A stretch of 59,837 nt of DNA, the filler included. It is 2 parts of 2 records of this genome, joined end to end, with 100 filler letters (N's around TTAATTAATTAA, not from the genome) between each part and the next. Parts side by side here need not be neighbours in the genome. Positions count along the whole stretch, not along the records: positions 32,034 to 59,837 come from SRR20825019_332; 1 more part is not named here. One strand, given 5' to 3'. The notes below the pieces were generated by a model. That model saw only the letters and a list, made by a program, of their open reading frames with translations, did not search any database and was not told the DNA's origin. The position numbers and the translations under genes were made by a program. Numbering within the stretch: the stretch's first letter is position 1; each line of letters begins with the position of its first letter. Shown here in pieces: positions 53,571-59,837 of the stretch.

Positions 53571-54515
53571 ATGAACAACAAGGATATAAATGCACTGGTA
53601 GAAGGTCGGCTATCGGATGAGAAAAAGGCTGAGGTTGTGAAGTGGTTGCTCAAAAACCCCAAGCAACAACAGCGTTACCATGTACTGAAAGCAAGGCATG
53701 TCGCCAAACTGCTAAAAGAGGGTGAAGGCAAAAACAAACTAGATACCAAAAGAAAATTTGCCGATTGGTATAAATATGTAGGATATGCAGCTTGCGTTTT
53801 GCTAATGGTTGCACTGGCATATACGTTGGTTTCTCCAAATGAACAATTGGAAGAAAAATACTCACAGACAATTTTGGCTTCTACCTCTATAGGTGAGAAC
53901 AAAACCATAACCTTGTCAGATGGGACAAAAGTTACACTGAATGCGAATACCACATTTTCCTACCCCGAAAAATTTTCGGAAGAATCAAGAGATGTCAGTC
54001 TTCAAGGAGAGGCATTTTTTGATGTGGCCCATAATCCAGAAAAACCCTTTAAGGTGGCTACCGGAAATGGCATGAATATTCAGGTGTTGGGAACGGTTTT
54101 CAATGTGAAATCTTATCCGGAAGACCAAAATGTGGAAACTACGTTGGTATCTGGAAAGGTAAAAGTGGTTGAAGAACAAAATCAAAAGACCGTAGTGTTG
54201 GCCCCATCCCAAAGGGCTACTTATGTCAAGGATGCCGATAAACTTATTGTTGACAACGTACAGACCACAAAATTCACTGCTTGGCGAGAAGGCAAACTTA
54301 TTTATGATGAAACGCCCATAAGACAGGTGATAAGCGATTTAAAAAGAAAATACAAGGTTGATATATCGGTGGAATCCCCTGGGATAATGGACTATAAATA
54401 TACTGGGGAGTTCGACAATCTTGGTATTGAACAGATTCTGGACCTTTTTGAGGTGTCGTCACCTATACTCTATAAAATGCACAATAACCAAATAACACTA
54501 TTTATGAAGCAATGA
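53571..54515 (+). CDS. FecR-family anti-sigma factor
   Basis: Single TM; LSDGTKVTLNA, GEAFFDV, VLGTVFNV, AWREG. Confidence 0.95.
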   Translation: MNNKDINALVEGRLSDEKKAEVVKWLLKNPKQQQRYHVLKARHVAKLLKEGEGKNKLDTKRKFADWYKYVGYAACVLLMVALAYTLVSPNEQLEEKYSQTILASTSIGENKTITLSDGTKVTLNANTTFSYPEKFSEESRDVSLQGEAFFDVAHNPEKPFKVATGNGMNIQVLGTVFNVKSYPEDQNVETTLVSGKVKVVEEQNQKTVVLAPSQRATYVKDADKLIVDNVQTTKFTAWREGKLIYDETPIRQVISDLKRKYKVDISVESPGIMDYKYTGEFDNLGIEQILDLFEVSSPILYKMHNNQITLFMKQ

Positions 54516-54610
54516 CCTTAAAAAAGAGAGGAAGGTGTTCCCGCACCCTCCTCTCAGAAACTATTTAACCACATAAAAATGTAATTAAACATCGTAAACT
54601 CATCAAAATT

Positions 54611-57600
54611 ATGGAAAAAAAGGAACTTTTTTTACCAAAGGTCCCAATTATCAGGATAATGAAAATCTATTTGATCTTAGTGGCGCTTACTTTGGCCAAA
54701 TTATTTGCTTCGGAAGCAAATGCCCAAAGCATTTCGTTGGAGGCAAACAATGTAAGATTGAAGCGGATATTGAACGAAATCGAACGTAAGAGCGATTATA
54801 GTTTTTTCTACAACAACAGCATTGTGGATGTCTATTCCAAAAAATCGCTGAAAGTTGAAAACAAAACATTGGACGCCGTATTGAACGAACTCTTCTCCGA
54901 GTCCGATATAGCCTTCAGTTTTGTTAGGAACCAGATTATTCTTTTTCCAAAGAACAATCCAGAGATAAAGGATAAAATTGAAAGTCTCTTAAGCAAGCAC
55001 AATATTGATAAAGTCCCCACAGCCTTGAGCCCGGACAGAATCAATGAGCTCATTAGAACAAATGTACAGTTTACCGTGAACGGAAAGGTCGTGGACAATG
55101 CCGGGACTCCAATTCCAGGTGTCTCCATATTGGTGCAAGGTACTTCCAAAGGAACTACAACCGATTTTGACGGAAACTACAGCATTATGGCAGATGCAGG
55201 TGATGTGCTTATGTTCAGTTATATAGGTTTTGTGACCCAGGAAATCGAGGTTACTGGAGAACAAACCATTGATGTAACCCTTAAAGAAAATGTTGCCGCA
55301 CTCGATGAGGTAGTTGTTGTGGGTTACGGTACCCAAAAGAAATCTGACCTAACAGGAGCTGTTGGGGCAGTGGACAGCGAAACACTTTTAAAAGCTCCGG
55401 TAAGCAACGCCTTGCAAGGAATGAGAGGTAAGGTAGCAGGTGTTAACGTATTCTTGAATTCGGGCTCGCCAACAGGTTCCCCAAGAATTGTGATTCGTGG
55501 TGTGGGAACCATAAATTCCTCAACAGACCCATTATATGTTGTGGATGGTGTGGTCATGGATGATATCCAGTTCATCAACCCTAACGATATCGAGCGTATG
55601 GAGGTGCTGAAAGATGCATCATCTGCTGCTATCTATGGTGCTAGGGGTGCCAATGGTGTTGTTTTGATTACGACCAAAAGAGGTTCAAAAGATGAAAAAA
55701 TATCCATTGGTTACGATGGTTTCTTGAGCGTGGGAAGCATCCGCAAAAAGATGGACTTGCTGAACGCAGAAGAATGGTTGGAAGTAGTTCGTACAGGTAT
55801 GGAGAACACTCCAAAGTACCGTCCAGACGATCCAGCACCGGTATTTACAACAAACGACCCCAATTTGTTCGATGCGCAAGGTAATCCACTGTACGATACT
55901 GATTGGCAAGATGAAGCCACTAGAACAGCTTACTCTAACAATCACCAATTATCCATTCAGCAAGGAAGTGAAAAATCATCTATCGGGGTGTTCTTGAATT
56001 ATTCCCACATAGAGGGGATAATGCTGAACAACGAGTTGGATAGGATAAGCGGTAAAATTGCATATGATGTTACTCCAAAGGATTGGTTGAAATTGGGGGT
56101 GAACCTTCTTGTAAACGACGTCAAGGACACCGAGTTCGAAGAAGGCGGTGGTGGCCAGACCCCAAGAAGGACCATGATTGAAATGCCTCCAATCTTCCCG
56201 GTAAAATTCCCTGATGGAACATGGAGCAATAGTCAAATGATCAGCGATGCCTACAACTTGGAGTCCATGTCCAATCCGGTACACGTATTGGAAACCCAGG
56301 AAAGATTCTGGGAGAGAAACCAGCTTTTCGGAAACTTCTACGCGAATTTCACCATTATGCCAGGGTTGGAGTTTAGGACACAATTTGGTTTTGATAAAAA
56401 TATCAGAAACAAGAAGGAATACTCCCCACGTGACTTGGTGAATATTTCAGCACCAAATGGTTTTGCCCGTATTTTTAATGAGAAGAGCACTTATTGGCAA
56501 CAAGAGAACTACCTAACATACAATAAGGAGTTTGGTGACCACAGAATCAATACCATGTTGGGTATTAGCTGGCAAGAGCGAACTTATGAGTCTTCCAACA
56601 TTTTTGCCAGAGGCTTTAGTGACGACTTTTTCCGTTACAACAACATTGGCTCCGCTAGTAATCCAAGTGCGCCGGAATCCACAACTAACGAGTGGGCTTT
56701 GAACTCCTACTTTTTACGTGCAGGGTATACATTTAAAGATAAATACCTGTTGACGTTGACAGGAAGGGTCGATGGTTCTTCAAGATTTGGTGAAGACAAT
56801 AAATACGGTTTCTTCCCTTCAATCGGAGCTGGTTGGAACATTAGTGAAGAAGCTTTTATGCAGGATGTAACCGCTATCAACAGACTTAAGCTGCGTGGAA
56901 GCTACGGTATCACTGGTAATACGGAGATTGCACCTTATAGTTCATTGGCAACAGTTTCTTCAGGAACAGTTTTGTTGAACGGTACCAGGGTAAGCTCCAG
57001 TTCCGTAAATCGCTTATCCAACCCAGGTTTGGAATGGGAAAAAACCAGCCAGTTTGATATAGGTTTAGACCTTGCTGCCTTTGACTACAGACTTCGTGTA
57101 GAGTTTGACTACTACGATAAGTTGACCAAAGATCTTTTATTGGACAGACCAGTTCCTTATACAACAGGATTTACATCGGTAAGGGATAATATCGGTTCGG
57201 TTTCCAACAAAGGTATCGAGGCCATGGTCACCGCTGAAATTATCCGCAAAGCGGATTTTGGTTGGGAGACATCCTTTAACATGAATTACAACAAGAACAG
57301 AATTGAAAGCTTGGGTGAGAATGATGAAGATATAGAACCAGGACCGTTTTGGGTTTCAGGAAGTCAAACTATTCTTAGAGTAGGAGAGTCGTTGAGTTCT
57401 TTCTGGGGTTACGAGCGTTTGGGAACTTGGGGAACCGACGAAGCCGCTGAGGCTGCCGAAGTTGGTGCTGTTCCTGGTGAGGCCAAACGATCTGCAGAAA
57501 AGAAAATCCTTGGAAAAGGTTTGCCGGATATTACAGGAAGTTTCATCAACACCTTCAGATATAAGAACTTCGATTTCACCGCCGATATTCAATTTGTTGC

Positions 57601-58036
57601 AGGTGTAGAGATTATGCAGCAGTTCTATCACTCAACCGAAGACCGTTCAGGTATTGCCAACGGACTTGCAACCATTCTTTATGATGGTTGGACCGAGAGC
57701 AATCAGAATACCCAGGTTCAGGAAATCAGGAACCAAGCCTATGCAGGGCAAAACAGTCAGGTAGATAGCCATTGGGTAGTTGATGGTTCCTACATCAGAG
57801 GTAACCTATTCTCTTTGGGTTATAACTTCAATCAGCAGTTTTTGGATATCATGGGCTTGAACCGTCTTAGGGTGTATGCCAGTTTGGAAAATGCTTTCGT
57901 GATTCATTCCAAAGACTTTCAAGGGTACGACCCAGAAGCTACTTCATGGGGCGGGAACCAATGGGGACAGAACATTTTCTTCTTCCAGTATCCCAAGCCA
58001 AGAACATTTACCATTGGATGTAGCCTGAAATTTTAA
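54611..58036 (+). CDS. susC: SusC/RagA TonB-dependent transducer with N-terminal STN domain
   Basis: STN-like N-terminus, LDEVVVVGYG, LKDASSAAIYGARGANGVVLITTK, NPGLEWEKT, C-terminal Phe. Confidence 0.96.
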   Translation: MEKKELFLPKVPIIRIMKIYLILVALTLAKLFASEANAQSISLEANNVRLKRILNEIERKSDYSFFYNNSIVDVYSKKSLKVENKTLDAVLNELFSESDIAFSFVRNQIILFPKNNPEIKDKIESLLSKHNIDKVPTALSPDRINELIRTNVQFTVNGKVVDNAGTPIPGVSILVQGTSKGTTTDFDGNYSIMADAGDVLMFSYIGFVTQEIEVTGEQTIDVTLKENVAALDEVVVVGYGTQKKSDLTGAVGAVDSETLLKAPVSNALQGMRGKVAGVNVFLNSGSPTGSPRIVIRGVGTINSSTDPLYVVDGVVMDDIQFINPNDIERMEVLKDASSAAIYGARGANGVVLITTKRGSKDEKISIGYDGFLSVGSIRKKMDLLNAEEWLEVVRTGMENTPKYRPDDPAPVFTTNDPNLFDAQGNPLYDTDWQDEATRTAYSNNHQLSIQQGSEKSSIGVFLNYSHIEGIMLNNELDRISGKIAYDVTPKDWLKLGVNLLVNDVKDTEFEEGGGGQTPRRTMIEMPPIFPVKFPDGTWSNSQMISDAYNLESMSNPVHVLETQERFWERNQLFGNFYANFTIMPGLEFRTQFGFDKNIRNKKEYSPRDLVNISAPNGFARIFNEKSTYWQQENYLTYNKEFGDHRINTMLGISWQERTYESSNIFARGFSDDFFRYNNIGSASNPSAPESTTNEWALNSYFLRAGYTFKDKYLLTLTGRVDGSSRFGEDNKYGFFPSIGAGWNISEEAFMQDVTAINRLKLRGSYGITGNTEIAPYSSLATVSSGTVLLNGTRVSSSSVNRLSNPGLEWEKTSQFDIGLDLAAFDYRLRVEFDYYDKLTKDLLLDRPVPYTTGFTSVRDNIGSVSNKGIEAMVTAEIIRKADFGWETSFNMNYNKNRIESLGENDEDIEPGPFWVSGSQTILRVGESLSSFWGYERLGTWGTDEAAEAAEVGAVPGEAKRSAEKKILGKGLPDITGSFINTFRYKNFDFTADIQFVAGVEIMQQFYHSTEDRSGIANGLATILYDGWTESNQNTQVQEIRNQAYAGQNSQVDSHWVVDGSYIRGNLFSLGYNFNQQFLDIMGLNRLRVYASLENAFVIHSKDFQGYDPEATSWGGNQWGQNIFFFQYPKPRTFTIGCSLKF

Positions 58037-58053
58037 TACATAAAAAAGATATC

Positions 58054-59628
58054 ATGAAAATTAAATATATAGTTTTTCTAATCGGAATAATTGTATTGGG
58101 TTCCTGTTCTGACTTTTTAGAGGAGAAACCCTTGAGCGAACTGGATTCCAATCAGTTCTTCTCAGAACCAGACCAGGCCTACAGTGCGGTAAATTCACTG
58201 TACAGGACCGGTGCTCCCAGCATGACGGATGGTGGAGTGTATAGTGGAACCCCAATGATGCTGGGAGGATACATGTCCGGGTATTTCGTTAACGAATACG
58301 CAGGTCAGGAACTCCATGTGAGCAATTCACAAGAGCTTACCCTTAACGGGGATAACATTGGGGGTTACCTTCAAGATAGATGGAGGGAACTTTATTTGGG
58401 AATCTCCAGGGCAAACAATGCTATCAAGTATATTCCCGAAACACCAGGATTGAGCGATTCTGAAAGATCACAACTATTGGCCGAAGCCAAATTCTTTAGA
58501 GCCTTTGCATACTATTTCTTAGTAAGATGGTTCGGTCCCGTACCATTGACCACAGAACCCTATGAATCTTTGGAAAATCTGTATTTGGAAAGAAGCCCTG
58601 TGGCCGATATCTATACGCTGATAGAACAAGATTTGACCGATGCTCTAAGTGGTGGTTTGCCAACAGTAAGCATGGTGGACAACGGTAAGCGCGTAACTGC
58701 AGGAGCGGTTGCGACCCTATTGGCCGATGTTTACCTGACCATGAGCGGAAACCCATTGAATGCGGACCGATACAGTGATGCAGCCAGCTTGGCACAGGAT
58801 ATTATCAACGGAACATACGGTTCCTATGATTTGGTGCAGCACGATGAACTGTCACCGGGAGTTGTGGATTTGGAAAACTCCGCTTATAATAAGATAAGAA
58901 AGTCAGATGCATCTGCCGTAGAGCATATTTACATCAAAGAATATGACCCAGAGATAGGGACTTCCGTTTATCCAAGGTATTCTTACCCTGTAGCACTTGC
59001 TTCAGAAGTACTTTATGATATTACTAACGGAGGGTACCTACCTTCAGACGGATTTATGGATTTATATGATCCGGCAACTGATTTAAGAATTCAGGAAAAG
59101 CAATATTTTCATTCCACCTTTCAAGATTCAGGACAGACCTTTGCAACAGCACCATACGTCTGGCATGATGATACCGCTATTTTTGAAACAGCAAACTCAG
59201 GAAAAGATTTTGCAGTATACGGTTATGCCGATGTATTGTTGATTGCGGCCGAAGCCATTGCAAGATCTAGCGGAGTCACCCCGGATGCCATTAACTATTT
59301 GGCCCAAGTGCGTGCCAGAGCTTACTGGGAATCCGACATTGCCACAGTTGAAGCGGATTTATCCGGTTTGGGAACAGAGGCCTTTGTACAGGAAGTTTGG
59401 AAAGAAAGACACAGGGAATTAGTTTTTGAATTTAAAACTTGGTTCGATATTGTTCGTACAGGTCAGTTCCCAGTAGCGGATACACCTGGTTCCATATCCT
59501 TTGTGAATGCAGTTGGGCATACCACAGAAAGAGGTAAGCAGATTGAAGAAAAGCATATGTTATTGCCTTTGCCAGGGCCGGAACTTCAGCGTAACCCAAG
59601 TTTGGGTACTGATAACAACGGTTATTAA
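58054..59628 (+). CDS. susD: SusD/RagB glycan-binding lipoprotein
   Basis: Lipobox GSC; EAKFFRAFAYYFLVRWFGPVP, YADVLLIAAEA, ERHRELVFE..WFDIVR, C-terminal NNGY. Confidence 0.95.
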   Translation: MKIKYIVFLIGIIVLGSCSDFLEEKPLSELDSNQFFSEPDQAYSAVNSLYRTGAPSMTDGGVYSGTPMMLGGYMSGYFVNEYAGQELHVSNSQELTLNGDNIGGYLQDRWRELYLGISRANNAIKYIPETPGLSDSERSQLLAEAKFFRAFAYYFLVRWFGPVPLTTEPYESLENLYLERSPVADIYTLIEQDLTDALSGGLPTVSMVDNGKRVTAGAVATLLADVYLTMSGNPLNADRYSDAASLAQDIINGTYGSYDLVQHDELSPGVVDLENSAYNKIRKSDASAVEHIYIKEYDPEIGTSVYPRYSYPVALASEVLYDITNGGYLPSDGFMDLYDPATDLRIQEKQYFHSTFQDSGQTFATAPYVWHDDTAIFETANSGKDFAVYGYADVLLIAAEAIARSSGVTPDAINYLAQVRARAYWESDIATVEADLSGLGTEAFVQEVWKERHRELVFEFKTWFDIVRTGQFPVADTPGSISFVNAVGHTTERGKQIEEKHMLLPLPGPELQRNPSLGTDNNGY

Positions 59629-59636
59629 TACACAGT

Positions 59637-59690
59637 ATTAAATTATGAGGCCCATCATCCATAAAGGAAATGATGGGCCTTAATTTTAAT
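59637..59690 (+). terminator. Stem-loop / intrinsic terminator after susD
   Basis: AGGCCCATCAT..ATGATGGGCCT inverted repeat followed by TAATTTTAAT. Confidence 0.75.
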
Positions 59691-59837
59691 ATATAAGATA
59701 CTCATAGGAATCAAGAGCATGGAACATACGTTTTGTGCAAGCGTTGATAGTGATTCCCTTTAGATTGATTCATATTTTACTCATTTATAATTAAACCAAA
59801 CTAACAGATGCAGATAATAGAGAATTCTACGGTGTAC

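Noticed and set aside
32034-59837. CRISPR arrays, tRNA/rRNA genes, IS elements or defence systems in the bacterial contig; short antisense ORFs
   Set aside because: No repeat-spacer arrays, cloverleafs, transposases or defence domains were seen. The short ORFs are shadows of well-supported genes.

Overview
The window joins two unrelated contigs with an artificial 100-nt linker (44 N + TTAATTAATTAA + 44 N, 31934-32033). Left (1-31933): a gene-dense eukaryotic, protist-like contig with about 15 intron-containing genes. Introns are GT-AG and mostly 45-59 nt. Most genes alternate head-to-head and tail-to-tail, and the 5' intergenic regions carry extreme GC/CpG-rich islands. Genes: ERV1/ALR, an aldo-keto reductase, CDC26 (its one long intron hosts a candidate H/ACA snoRNA), a secreted Shewanella-like phosphatase, a large secreted kinase with DWD in place of DFG, an EF-hand/coiled-coil protein, a small secreted protein, a MORN-repeat protein, a calcineurin B-like protein, an SK-type channel lacking the GYG filter, an aldehyde dehydrogenase and several hypothetical proteins. 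Right (32034-59837): a Bacteroidetes (Flavobacteriaceae-like) contig with an L-arabinose utilisation cluster (GH51, GH127, araB-araD-araA, mutarotase, Na+/sugar symporter), an RND efflux operon, two universal stress proteins, thioredoxin, lipoproteins and the start of an ECF-sigma/FecR/SusC/SusD locus. All gene models and structures were read by eye; no database searches or folding programs were run.
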